DNA of 64,000 bases. It comes from the human T2T-CHM13v2.0 reference genome, Homo sapiens. The position numbers were made by a program, and so were the translations under genes. A model generated the notes under the pieces. That model was not told the origin of the DNA. It made no database searches and saw only the letters and a program-made list of their open reading frames with translations. Where the stretch lies: the NCBI RefSeq assembly GCF_009914755.1, contig NC_060925.1. The stretch is one strand, 5' to 3'. This document shows positions 14,773-28,343 of the stretch, one piece after another (position 1 is the stretch's first letter; the number at the start of each line of letters is the position of its first letter).

Positions 14773-15244
14773 CCCCAGAGGCTTCTACCTGCATCTCATT
14801 GGCCAGAACTATGCCACTTGGACACTCTCAGCCTCAGGCAGAGCAGGACATAAAGATTGTGTGAGCCTTTAAGGCAGCCACTTCAGTGTTTGCCATCCAC
14901 AATTTTGTTCGTTTTGAGTTACCAATCTTCCATGAACTTATTCAGCTTCCTGGCTTTGAGCCATCCCCCTCAGAGCCTCTGTTACAAGGCAGCCACCACT
15001 GTTTCATAGACATGGGGGTTCATAACTCTTCACTAAATCCCTACTCCACACCTCAGCACATGAGAACTTTTGGGTCTCTTATGTGATATCTACAGATTTT
15101 GAGGAATTACATTTCAGAGACTGGGGCAGTAATGATAGAATCTCGGGCCTTCTGTCTAAATAAACCATACTGTCATTTCCATTCTACCACATTATCCTGT
15201 GCTCGTGTGGCTAAAAAAAAAACCCTGCAGAGCTGAACTTCTAA

Positions 15245-15420
15245 ATCTTTATACATATTATTTAATCTAATCCTCACAGCAAGCTTTTAGCTCTCTCTTC
15301 TATTGCTATTTTATACACGAGGAAACTAAATCTCAGAGAGGTTAAATCCAAGGCCCTTTAGCTAGCAAATGACAGAGCTTCTATTCAAACTCAGGTCTGC
15401 CTCAAGCCAAAGCCTCGTCC
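15245..15420 (-). mobile_element. MIR SINE
   Basis: taatcctcacagcaa...attttatacacgaggaaactaaatctcagagaggttaa...attcaaactcaggtctg. Confidence 0.7.
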
Positions 15421-16227
15421 TGATCCATTTCATTAAATTACTACCAAGTATTACAGATCTTTCCTAGGGCAATCATTTTCTTCTATATAGGACTCCTGGA
15501 GTCACTCTGAGTATTTCTAATGAGGCTGACAACAAAGGGAAGCTTGGAAGTTTCTAAGCAGTCACTTCCACAGAGTTGCTTAATTTGCCCTAATTCCTGG
15601 TTTTTGCAGCCCCTGTCCTAGGCTCTTGCTCACATATGGACTTGAATTTGTGGAAAGGTCAAAAATGATATTCTAGATGGAGAGATAGTCTTGGAGTACA
15701 AAGAACATAAGCAGAAATGAGTAAATAAAGCTCTAGGAGAGCGTGTGATCCAGCTCAATTAAAGGTTAGATAAGCCATGGTGGCACATAAGCTTTGAAGG
15801 TAGAGTTCAAATCATACCATTAGGATTTTGACTGCCAGGCAGAAGAGTTTGATCTTTCTTCTGTTGGCAATGATGATGTATTGGAGGTTTTGACACAGGA
15901 GAGTTAAATTATACTTTGTGTTTACAACTTTAAAAAATCAAAAAATTTAAAAATTGCCTTGAATGCAAAGCAAACATAATAATCCTACCATAGGGATTCC
16001 AAGGCAAATTTGAAAGTTTTGTGACATTTTCTGTTATCATTTCTGTTTTCCAAGATAGCAATGAGATTTAATTTGCGCATCACAAAGACCGTTAGCCTTT
16101 AAACAGACAAAACAGAAAATTCTTACGTCTAAATTCAATTTTTGTTGTAAGAACAAAAGTTGCTCCTACTAACGTTAAATAACAAATGACCGGAAGCATC
16201 TTGCAATTCAATGTTAAAATAGTTCCT

Positions 16228-16516
16228 GACCAGGTGCAGTGTGGCTCACGCCTGTAATCCCAGCACTTTGGGAAACCAAGGAGGGCAGATCACGAGGTCA
16301 GGAGTTTGAGACCAGCCTGGCCAACATGGTGAAACCCTGCTTCCACTCAAAATACAAAAATTAGCGGGGCACAGTGGCATGTGCTACTCAGGAGGCTGAG
16401 GGCCAGAGAATTGCTTGAACCCAGGAGGCGGAGGTTGCAGTGAGCCGAGATTGCACCACTGCACTCCAGCCTGGGTGACAGAGCGAGAATCTGTCTAAAA
16501 AAAAAAAAAAAAAAAA
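16228..16516 (+). mobile_element. AluS (Sg-like) with ~13-nt deletion at the start of the right arm
   Basis: gatcacgaggtcaggagtttgagaccagcctggccaacatgg; gtggcatgtgctactcagg lacks cctgtaatcccag; degenerate TSD ending ttcct. Confidence 0.95.
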
Positions 16517-16641
16517 TTCCTAAATTGTAAAACCAGCATGGCAAACGAAATGAATATTATGGCTTCCTTGTCTAGAGTAGAATGGTCATGATTCAGAATA
16601 TAATTTTTTAAAACATATTGAAGAATATTGAATAATTTAAG

Positions 16642-16856
16642 TGACTCATTAATAACATTGAGAAGCTACATGCAATAAACTCAGCTAGACCATTTAAGGT
16701 ACTGGTTTTTATTTGTCCAAGTAATGTCACATTATTGAGGTGGCACAGAAAACAGTAATCCATCTGTGAGTCAGAAATATGTGAGTCAGCAACACTGTGT
16801 GAAGAGCCCTCTGTCCTTTTGATTACTCAAACTGATGTTTTGATTCAACTGAGTAA
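16642..16856. promoter_or_regulatory. Candidate AP-1 / ARE enhancer cluster
   Basis: TGACTCA 16642-16648, TGAGTCA 16767-16773, TGAGTCAGCA 16782-16791, plus near-matches. Motif evidence only. Confidence 0.45.
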
Positions 16857-17959
16857 TTTACCAGTAAGTTAAGATAATTGAGTATTAAAAAGGAAATCCA
16901 TGTTGAGAGAATTGGTTGTGAAAAGATGAAGTGAGGAAATGGAGTTATTGACAGAGCTGAGAAGTATTCAGGGATGTCTGTATCAAATAAATCAACCCTT
17001 CAAATGACTTGTTTTACTGTTGGTGATTGAGTGAGTCCAAGGACAGGCTTCTAAGAGAAGCAGTTAAAAGAAATGCTTTGCAAATGTGTTTCCTCAAATA
17101 CTTAAATTTGAAGGCAGTAACTATTCAAAGGATGGATTTGCAAAATAGCAATGCCTTCTTTAAAAACAGGTGTTTAAATTGGTATTGATATCTGAAGAGG
17201 AAAATGAACTCACATTGGTTAAAAAGTAAAGACTTCTCTATTCACTTCAAAACACTGGTCTTATTTCCCTCTTTTGAAAGGCTTCCTATGGAAAGAAAAA
17301 TCAAAGCCTATCACGGTGATTCAGGAGTTTTATACTCCATGTGTGGGTCAAGTGTGAGTGAGGTAAAGGATTGTGACAGTTCCTCAAGGATACTGTCATA
17401 GTGAGGCCATCTCCCAAACCTGACTGGTTCCACCTTAATTTGGCTTTGGGGAATGAAATTGGGGACTGTCCAGCCCGATGAAGGGCAAGCTAAGACCTGC
17501 TCATAGGCATTTGGTTTAAATTACAAGAAGATTAAATTTCTAAAAATAATGGCAAAGAACAGCAAAGCCTGGAGACTGAGCTTTAATAGAATCATCATAC
17601 CATTTATTTTTGGAATGTTGACGTTTCTGAAACTCCTCAGATGCAAGATCAATGCTAAGTAGTTTTATAGAAATTGGATGCATTTTCCATAAGATTACCA
17701 GCAGAGCAGAGGGCAGTGATATGCAAAAGCAGTGCAGAGACAGTGCCTCAAATACACTGCAAAGCTCTGTCCGGGCGCCTCTCCTGAAGCACCTGGCATC
17801 AGCACTACATTTTCAGACCTTTATCTGTTAAAATGTTTTTTTGCCCTTTTGGGGATATACAGTGTGCTAGCCTTGTTGTCTAGCTGCATTGGTCATTCAT
17901 CATAGTTTTTCTGTAGTTCTCATTGTTTTAAACACATTAGGGAAGGATTGGTAAATAGA

Positions 17960-18420
17960 TAGTATTCTATATCATGATAAAAGCTTGATAAAATCACCTA
18001 GGAAATCGGTGTAGAAAAAGAAAAGAGCGTAAAGCTGAGCCCAGGGGCCCTCCAACATTTAGAATTGGAAAAAAAGTTAGAGTTTGGAAAAAGACCTAGG
18101 AAGCCAAGAATATAGGAGAAAAACCAGGACAAGACATACCTTGAAAGTCAAATGAAGGATAACTTGGGTCAAATATTCCTGATATTTGAGAAAGATAGTG
18201 ACTAAGAATTGACCATTGGTTTGGACAAGACGTAGGCCACTGATGATCTTGACCAGAGGGATTTATTATGAAGTGTTGCGGGCCAAATCCTGATTCTAGT
18301 GTGTTGAGAAGAAAATAAGTGTTAAGGAAATGGAGACAGCAATAAAGACAACTTGTTAGAAAGTTTTGTTTAAAAAGAATTGCCGGAAAATGAGGCAATG
18401 GATGCAGGGGTGCATGGAAT
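17960..18420 (-). mobile_element. L2 LINE RT remnant
   Basis: Minus-strand ORF 18096-18428 contains LNTLESGFGPQH, a decayed L2 RT motif; matching L2 nucleotide text. Confidence 0.7.
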
Positions 18421-19158
18421 AACCACAAGTCTTTTTAAAACACGTATTTATAAGGTACAAATGACATGCCAAAAATGCACTTCTTAAAGTGTACAATTCA
18501 GACACATATACATTTATGAAGCTATCATTACATTGAAGATAATAAATATAGCCATCAAACCCAAAAGTTTCCCTTTGCAACCCCTCCCACCTCTCCCTGA
18601 CACCACCCCTTTCCCCCCAGGAAACTACCTATCTTCTTTCTGTCACCATAGATTGATTTTATTTTCTAGAATTCTATATAAATGGAATTATACATTATGT
18701 ACTCTATTTATCAGACTTATTTCACTCAGCATAATTAGTTTAGGATTCATCCATGTTACGGCAGTTGTCAGTAGTGCATTCTTATTTATTGCTAAGTGGT
18801 ATTCCACTGTATGGGTATATCACAATTTGTTTATCCATTCACCTGTTACATTTGGATTGTTTCCAGTTTTTTTTTTACTATGCCAATGCTACAATGAATA
18901 TTCTGCATAGACTATTATATCATCTATTAATAAAAATCATTTTATGTCTTCCTTTTCAGTGTATTTGCTTTGATATCATTGTCTTTCCTTATTGCACTGG
19001 GTAAAACCTCCAGTAAAATGTTGAGTAGAAGCGGAAAGAACAGGCATTCGTACCTGGTTCCTAATTTTATAGAGAAATAATTCAGTCTTTTATCTTAAAG
19101 GATAATGTCAGCTGAAAGTTTTCACAGATGCCGTTTACCTGGTTGATATGTAAATATA

Positions 19159-19176
19159 TGTGTGTGTGTGTGTGTG
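19159..19176. repeat. (TG)9 microsatellite
   Basis: tgtgtgtgtgtgtgtgtg. Confidence 0.9.
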
Positions 19177-19753
19177 TATAAAGGATGGATGTTGAACTTT
19201 ATCAAATGCTTTTTTCTTCACCTAATTATGTGATTACATGTATGTTGGTTTGTTTTTCAGTCTGTTAGCATGGAGAACTACATTGATTTTTTTTTGTCTG
19301 TTATAACAACCTTGTATTCCTTGGATACACCCTACTTAATCATAAGGTGTCATCCTCTTCATATGTTATTAGATTTGATTTGATATAATTTTGTTAAGAA
19401 TTGTTCCATGTGTGTTTATGGTGATATTATTCTTTTGGGTGATTGTCTTTGATTTTTATATGGGAGAAACCCTGACCTTATACAGTGAGTTGAGAAATAT
19501 TCCCTCCTCTTCAATTTTCTAAAATGATGTGTAGAGTCAGTATAATTTTTTAAATATTTCGGGCAGAAGTCACCAGTGAAGTTATCTGGGCATGCAGTTT
19601 TCTTTATGGAAATGTTTTAAACTTTAAAATTCAATTTCTGTAATAGATACAGACCTATTCACATTATTTCTTTCTTCTTGAGTGAATTTTGATAGATGGT
19701 GTTTTACAAGGAATTCGTCCACTTCATTGAAGTTGTCAAATGTACTGGCATAA

Positions 19754-20224
<471 letters not shown>

Positions 20225-21229
20225 TGATCTCTCTCTCCCTCTCTCTTTTATTTCCGCTCTATCTTTATTTTTTCCCTTCTGCTTCCTTTGTGATTTATTT
20301 GCTTTTTCTTGAGCTAGAAACGGAAGTCATTTTTTCTATTTTTTTAATAAAGGTATTTTAGAGCTGTAGATTTCCCTGAACATGCTGCTTTAGCTGCATC
20401 CTACAAATTTTAACATATAATGTTTTCGTTGTCATTCAGTTCAAAATACTTTTCTCTTTTCATTGTATCTTTAGCTCATGAGTTGTTTAGACTGTATTTA
20501 GTTTACAAATGCCTGGGGCTTTACCAAAAATCTTTCTGGTTTTGATTTCTAGTTTAATTCCGCTCTGATCAGAAGACAAACTTTGTATGACTTCAAATTT
20601 TTTTGATGTTTTGAGACTTGTTTTATAGACTAGAACGTCAGCTATTTTGGTGACGTTTCACGTGCACTTGAAAAAATGTCTATCTTTGTCAATTAGTTAA
20701 ATTGATGATGTTGTTCAAGTCTTCTATATCCTTACTGGGTTTCTGTCTATTTGTTCCATCAATTATTGAGGCTATAATTGTGTAGTTTTCTATTTCTTTT
20801 TTCAGTTTTATCAATTTTTGCCTTATGTAGTTTGAAACTCTATTAATAGGTACAGAAATATTTAGAATTGTTATATTCTCAAGAACTGACTCTTTTATCA
20901 TTATGAAATCATCCTTTTTATTCCTGGTAATATTCTTAACTCTGGAATCTACTTATTCTTTTATTAATATAGACATTCTAGATTTCTGATGATTAGTGTT
21001 ATCATAGTTTATCTTTTTTCATTCTTTTCCTTTTAACCTATTTGTGTCTTTATATTTAAAGTGATCTATTATAAGCCACATGTAGTCAGGTCATGCTTTT
21101 TTAATCCATCTTGAAAATGTCTTCCTTTTAAATGTGATGTTTAGACCATTTACATTTGAAGGTAATATTGCCATGGTCAGGCTTAAATCTACCATGTTGC
21201 TATTTGTTTTCTATTTGTCTTATCCATTC

Positions 21230-21549
21230 TGTTGAAAAAAAATGTTTAGACAAGTTAAATTTAACAGAGTTTAACTGAGCAAAGGATTTTTTCAGAATCG
21301 GGCAGCCCTCAGATCAGAACAGGTTCAGAGAGCAGCATTCCACAGTATGGGCAGCAGCATTTATTAATAGAAAACAGTAATGTACAGAAACAGCTTGATT
21401 AGCATGATTACTTGGCCATCCAAAATTGAAGCTTGGCTGCTGTGATTGGCTGAGCTCAGCTATTTGTTACATAAGTATAAGCCTAAGTTAAGCTTTCAGT
21501 TAATTTATATCGTAAAAAGTACAGAGGAAGTTTCAGGCTAAATTTAGCG
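21230..21549. mobile_element. ERV1 solo LTR (MER4/MER51-group-like) inserted in L1
   Basis: tgttgaaaaaaaatgtttagacaagttaaatttaacagagtttaactgagcaaagg...gaatcgggcagccc interrupts otherwise continuous L1; flanks attc/gttc suggest a 4-bp TSD. Confidence 0.7.
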
Positions 21550-22309
21550 GTTCATTATATGCTTTTTCCTCTTTTTCTTCTCTTTTTTGGATAGTTGTTT
21601 TATGCTTCCATTTCCTTTGTTAGCTTATTATATATATCTCTTCATTTTTAAAATTTTAATAGTTACTTTAGGATTTAGAGTATAAATTTTTAGTTTATCA
21701 CAGTCTACCTTCAAGCAATATTTTACCGCTTTATCTAGCTGTAAGAATCTTCAGAATACCCTTCTATTTCCCCCTTCTTTGCCTTTGTACTCTTGTCATA
21801 TAGTTTACTTCTACATATGTCATGAACTTCACAGTAGATTGTTATTATGTGTGCTTTTCAATCACTTATCTTTTAAAGAGATTTTAATAAGAAGAAAAAA
21901 AATGTTTATTCCTTTGTATAGAACCAGATTTCCATCTGGTATCATTTTCCTTCTGCTTGAAGGATTTCCTTTAACATTTCTTGTACTTTGGGTTTGCTGG
22001 AGATGATGAATTCCTTCAACTTTCATATGTTTGATGAAAATCTTTTTACTAGTTATTTTTTGTTTGTGGGTTTGTTTGTTTTTGATACAAAACTTTACAG
22101 CTTGATTGTTTGCTCATGCAAAATACAAAACGATGATGCAGGAGAGAGTAAATGTATGCAGAAGGGTAGACCATGAGTAGGTGAGGGAGGACAGGGTTCA
22201 GGACAGAGGAGTTGGCTTCTGATAAAATCACAGAAATGTATCCATAGCAGCAAGAAGAAAGACAGAACAGTTGTTTACACGTGTGAGTTGATTGATTCAT
22301 TAATGGATC

Positions 22310-22520
22310 CAACCAAACTGGTTTTAAATCCACGATGTACCATTTAATAGCTAAGTGGTTGTCAGCAAGTTATTTAAGCCTTTTAAATTTGAATTTTCAC
22401 GTCTATAAAAACAAGTTCCTTCCTTCCTCAGAAGGTGATTAGAGCAATGAAATGAGGTAATATATACCAAATGTACAGCACATGACCTGGCACATTGTGC
22501 CCACTCAATACCTGTGAGAA
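22310..22520 (+). mobile_element. MIR SINE
   Basis: gcaagttatttaagcc...gtctataaaa...aaatgaggtaatatat...cctggcacattgtgcccactcaata. Confidence 0.65.
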
Positions 22521-23269
22521 AAAAATATATAGCTTTTCTATGCTTTACTGCCTAAGTACAAGTGGAAAGATTCTGAAATATCATTTTTCCACTTCTACTT
22601 TCTCTGCTTCCCTTTCTCTCACCCCTCCTCCCTTCCCAAAAGAACATATTTAAAATCCAAATGCCAGGCTGTCTGCAGGTGCAGTGTTCAAGACTGATAA
22701 CATTTGGAGGCCAGATGTTAACTGACATAAACACTATTAAGTGCTATGTAGACCGGAGGCTGAGGCATTGATTTCCAATTTTATGATTATTATTTGAATT
22801 TACAGCAAACCATAATGCCATTCCTTCCACGTCTCTACCTCCACCAAAAAGACAATATATGGCCTATTCATTTTCAAGAGAATATAAATTGTTTTTAAAA
22901 ATATGAAGTTCTTGAAATATTAAGTTATGCTGTTTCACAAACCTGGAACTGAAAATGCACCCTTGATGTGCACCTCAACACCTCCCTAGAGCTCTGCTTG
23001 AAAGGTCAAAGACTTGTGAAATTTGATCTGAAAACCAGTCTCATTTTCTGAAATAAATGCAGAGTAATAACGACAAAAATGCTTCAAACCTGGGACAAGT
23101 TTTTACATCAACTTATGTTTTAAATCTCAGTTTCCTTAGACTTGATGTGGGAGCTGGCCCAATGACAATAAATAAATATCCTTTCTCTGAGTAAAGAAAT
23201 ACTTTGTAAAAACAAGTTGGGTCTGCTGTGAACCATGGAGGTTATTGTTGGTGTTTAATGCGCTCACAC

Positions 23270-24210
23270 AGTCAATTATTCTTTCATTAATCTATTGAGC
23301 AGACATTTGTTCATAACCTGCAGTATGTCCCAGGAAAGTGCCAGGCACTAGTTAGTATACCGTTAAGTGCAACAGATGGCCCTCGTGGGGCTTAGAGTTG
23401 TGTGAGAGAGGAAGGCAATAAAAGGGGAAAAAAAAGACAAATAAATATAGCAAAAAGCTTTAATAGGTACTGTGAAGGGAACTTACTTAAATAATGGGTT
23501 AAGGAAGGAATTTTTTAGTAGATGACTTAAACTAAAGCTTAAAGAATGAGAAGAAGGCAGCCATCCAGAGAGTAGAGGAGAAAACAAACAGAAAGACCAA
23601 CATTTATTCATTCATTCACTCGACAAATATTTATGTAGCACTTTCTACCAGCCAGGGACTGTTCAAAGCAAAGCAGATATACCAGGAAGGAAAACACACA
23701 CGTGCAAAATTGCTGAATTGAGAAAGGATTTGGCATGTTCTGGAACAGAAAGGAAGCTTCTGAGGCTGAATCACACTGAGCAGGGCACAGTGTGGTATTG
23801 GATGAGGATGGGGGGTGTGGCAAGGGCTAGATTATGTGAAAATTTGTGATCCATGGCAAGGAGTTTGGATTTTATCCTACAGGCAGTGACATGATTTTAT
23901 TATTGTGTTAAAAGATTGCTCTTGCTATGTGGAGAAGGTTTGGAGGGTGGAGTTGGGCACAGTGGAAGTGGAGAGATCCATGGGGTGGCTATTCCAGTTC
24001 AGATGAGAGATTTTAATGCCGTGGTGGAAACAGAGATACACAAAACAGTACAGTTTCTGTATAGAGTGGATAGGACCTGTTGGTCAACTGAAAAGGAGAA
24101 AGGAGGTTGGGAAGGGAAGTAAAATCATGGATGATTCTGGTTTGTACAACTGAGTAGATGGTGGTTCCATTTACTACTATGAGGGAGAATGAGTGAGTAG
24201 GTGGTTGGGA
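23270..24210 (-). mobile_element. L2 fragments (at least two 3' ends)
   Basis: attcattcattcactcgacaaatatttatgtagcac...; catggcaaggagtttggattttatcct; ggttccatttact. Confidence 0.7.
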
Positions 24211-26963
24211 GCAGGGAATGAAAACTAAGGGGGCGGGGAAGGGTGGGATAAAGATTAAACTAAAGTTTCCTAGCCAAGTCTTGAAGAATTAAATCAATTC
24301 AAAAATTTAATTCATTATGTCAGTGGTTACTATGGCCCCATCACTGGAATATACAAACAGAAGCTAAATGACCATTTATCTGCAATATTTTAGATACAGG
24401 TTTCAAACATATATCTAGAACTGATTTTCAAATGGTAGGTGAGAACTTACAAAAGAAAGCAGCAATTTCTTGAAGCCATCACTACTTTAGTAAAAACTAG
24501 TTTTCCCAGATCAATCTCATTTCCCTAATTGATCTTGAGCTATTGGAAGCTGGCACCATATTTCTTAATAAAAATCTTATTTAATTAATAGATTGTCTTA
24601 TTGGCAGAGATACTTAACTTATGAATTAAAGTATTTATATTTTACTAATAGAGCATTTAACGATCTCTTATGATAACTTTAAAAAATGGAGAATGTAGCC
24701 TGGAAAATATTGAGCGAGTAGAATATTTTGTATACTCAAAGTGCACCCTGGGGCAGAATCAATGCAAAGCCACCCCCCTCCCTGGCCCTTTATAATGTCT
24801 ACATACAGAAAACATTCCCACACAAAATTAATCTCTTTTAGAGAACTTTTCCTTTCCTTAGAATTACAGTTTTATAAAAAGTGGTAATTACTATTAAATG
24901 TTGTAACATCGTTTAGGGGTTTTAGTAGATAAAAGTTTGAAATCGAGTCTGTGAAATTTCAGCCATAATTAGAAAACATAAAGAAAGACATACTTTGTAA
25001 TTCCTATTATTTCTGAGAAACATTTTTTACCTGGAAAGGGATAGACAGAGCATTTTGTAAGCTTGCTAGAAATAATGCTCCTATATTTATGAAGAGGGAA
25101 TGTTTACATATGGTCTTGTTCTGCTTGTGCATTAAATAGTATGACATAGGAACAACACAATGGGAAATTACCAAAGAATCACACTAAAATATACTCCTAA
25201 GCATTTGAAACAAAACTTTTAAAAAATGATACTTAACAATTTCAGTAGAGAAACTAAGTGTTGATATTCTTTTTTCATTGTTCACCCATTTCTTGATAGT
25301 GAAATGTTTACAACCCAAAAAAAGGATCTCAATCAATAAGTAAAATAATTTGCAAAATATATTTATCATCAAAAATTAAAGCTTTCTAACAAAGGAACAT
25401 TGAGAAGTACTTGTGGCATTTCCATCTCTCACCACATCAATACCAAAGAATGTGAATGATTTTTGCTGTGTGTGGTCATTGGGCCTCTCCTTTGGGCTTA
25501 GAGCCCTGTGGAAGGCATTCTAGCCCCTCCCTGCAGGTGGTATTTGGTAGCACATCCCCAGTTCTTCTTTATGGAGCTAACTTTTAGGGGTTGATTAGGG
25601 TACAGGGCAAGAGATGACTGAGTATCACCGTATCACCCACAGTCAGTCTTGTTGAAGTTCGTCTGTGCTGTCTGTGGTGGGTATCAAGGGGAGTTTATAA
25701 AAATTCCTTGGTCCCAAACCATTCATTTGTTCATTTGTTTATTCATCAGACGTGATAGGCATGGCCCTTAGCACTGGGGTTAAAAATAAGAAAAAGATTC
25801 AAACCTAAGTATCATCTGACTCAATTCTTTAAAGTATAGAAATGAGGATAGGAAGGAACTAAAGGACAAGTTTTACCACTACCTGTATCTGATCTTAACT
25901 CAAATGACACCGCCTGAGAAAGGTGGATGGTGTTTCCCGGTGAAGTGCAATAGACAACCTACATGGCTGGATAGAGCGGACCTGCTGACTACCCAAACTA
26001 AAGAAACATTATTCCCTTTGTCTCTATCACACTACTATGTTTTATTTTCTTCATGGTATTTCTCACTATCTGAAACTATCTTACTTTCCTATTTGTTGTC
26101 TATCTTTCCCTCAGGGACCTTGTTCCATACACTGCTGTATTCTCAGGCGGAGAACAGTGCCTTGTTTCATAGTGGGTGCTTGCTAAATATTTGTTGAGTA
26201 AATGAATGCTCATCACCATTAACATAAAACCACACTTGATAACCAACATTTTTTCTATCTCCAAAATGTCTGCAAGTTGTCTAATCTTGTACCTCAGGGA
26301 TCTACCTCACAACTTCATTTCTGTGGGAAAAGACTGAGGTGTGGGGGGCAGGATACAGGGAGCCCCTGTTTCATTTCAGTTAGTTCCCCCACAGAGCTGG
26401 AAGTAGAAGCCGGATCCCTAGAATCTCAGAGCTCTTCAGCATTCCTGTGCTACCTCTGGTTGAGCCTTTCTGTGGAGAAAGCAGTTTTGGATTACTGCCA
26501 TGAATGTAATTTTCAAAGGCCCTGGAAGAAGAGAAAGCAATGGAAGCTGCTTCTAGACTTCAGATGAGCTGAACATCAGAGTTCGTCTTCCTAGTCTGTG
26601 GAAGGGAAGTCATAGACTTTGGAACTGAATTCTTATGGCATAACTGTAATATTCTGCTGTAGCTGTGGCCAGAGGAGTTCTGCCTGCCTTCGTCTAGGTC
26701 GTGGGCTCTATATTAGGCTGGCTGTGTTTTTCACAGCTTAGTCCTTCATTAGAAATTAGGACTGGCTGCAGCCTGCAGTGACTAATTATAGAAAGATGGG
26801 TCATTGTCATTGTGGGTAAAAACACATGTGCCTGTTAAACTTCTCTGTCTATAGGGATCAGATAGTACATTTGAAGTGATAGCCAATATAATCACTTAAG
26901 TAAATGGATAAATATTTATTTGTTTTTATTAAAATGATAGACAAGCATTTGAAGACATTCATT

Positions 26964-27096
26964 TCTTTTTCTTTTTTTTTCTTTTTGTGAGACTGAGTCT
27001 CACTCTGTTGCTCAGCTGGGAGTGCAGTGGCGCATCTTGTCTCACTGCAATCTCCGCCTTCCAGATGCAAGTGATTCTCCTGCCTCAGCCTCCCGA
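26964..27096 (-). mobile_element. Alu, 5'-truncated (right-arm fragment with T-tail)
   Basis: tttttgtgagactgagtctcactctgttgctcagctgggagtgcagtggcgc...gattctcctgcctcagcctcccga. Confidence 0.9.
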
Positions 27097-27659
27097 TACA
27101 GTTAGTTTCTGAGTACAACCGAGGAGAATATTTTCCAATAGAAATTTTAAGAAACACAGCATTTTTTCATGACTATGCCTACCCCCACAACACACACACT
27201 CTATACAGAAACATACACCTTATTATAGAAACATTTTCTGTAAGCAAAAACTCCTAGGACGGAGTTCCTGGGATACTGAAGGGAGAATGCGGAAAGAAGA
27301 ACCTAGTGACTCCCTTTAAGAGCTCCACTGAGGTCATCACCTGCCAGAGGTTTTAATCCAAATGAAACTGGCTTTTTGTCAGATGCGAGAAAAAACTATA
27401 AGATCTTTGCATTCATTTAACAAATATTTGTTATGTGCCTTTTGGTGTGATACTCAGCTCTAGGCCCTGGGACTACAAAACTAAATGAAGGCTTCATTCC
27501 TGCTTCAAGGAGGTCACCATCTGGTGGAGTGAGAGAGATAAGTAAACACAAGAGTATAGTCTAGCATGGCCGGTTCTGGAATCAAGGAGTCTAAGGGGAC
27601 ATCTGAGGGGTCAGGGCACAGATTGTAAGGTGTAATGAAAAGAGGTCACACCTTAGCAG

Positions 27660-27701
27660 TTTTCAAATGAAGCTTCACATTTTTCAAATGAAGCTTCACA
27701 T
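27660..27701. repeat. Perfect 21-bp tandem duplication
   Basis: ttttcaaatgaagcttcacat x2. Confidence 0.95.
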
Positions 27702-28266
27702 TTTGGATCCTCCATTTTCTCTTCTTTGAAATGAGGCAAAAAGAATTAGCCTGCCAGAGTTGTTATAATTCAATGATATAAAAGAGACTCAGTGAGTAAT
27801 TTCTAAGAAAGAAAAGCAAAATTGAGACAGCAAGAGCTCTCTCCCAAAAGGCAGTGAACCATTCTGCGGACCTGTGGATTTGAATCTCTTTTGTGGAGTT
27901 TGCAGTCTTTCTAGCGGGTTATTTGTTAGAATAAGCCAAAGAGGTTCACCTAGAGAATGACTAAGTTGCGAAAGAAAAATCTCCTCTGGTTCAGAAATGA
28001 ATTATTCCTAGGATGTTGCTTCATGAGTCTTTGTTACAGAAATTGGAGTTTGTGCAAGTAATTGGGGATCAGGAAACAACCACCCTGGGGACAATTGCAG
28101 GCAATTCTGCGACCACCTGGCTTAACTTGAATTCTAGGAAGTAGAGCTTCTCTTAGGTTAATCAAAGGTTTCATGGTACACCTTGTGGCTCTTTTCTTTA
28201 TCCCTGATTTTTCCTCCCAGGCTTATGAATAAGGCTTCAGTTATGTTTCTCCCTCCAAAATTGCCA

Positions 28267-28343
28267 GCAGCCCCACCTGCTGGGCTTGGAGGCTGGGGCC
28301 TGCAGCCTAAGGACAGTGTGGCAGTCTGCTGCCATCTGCTGGC
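28267..28343 (-). promoter_or_regulatory. Two co-oriented CTCF-like motifs
   Basis: Minus strand GCCAGCAGATGGCAGCA (28327-28343) and CCCAGCAGGTGGGGCTGC (28267-28284) resemble the CTCF core. Motif evidence only. Confidence 0.45.

Larger units (their letters stand above)
13800..14880. mobile_element. MLT1-type LTR split by two AluY and a MADE2
   Basis: attagggttgtctctagctgcaa...ctttatttgtctcatgcaacaagaagttc...catctcattggccagaactatgccacttggacactc. Confidence 0.6.

Noticed and set aside
20689-20901. ORF with endonuclease-like sequence
   Set aside because: Decayed L1 ORF2 fragment lacking the catalytic GDFN motif; not a functional CDS.
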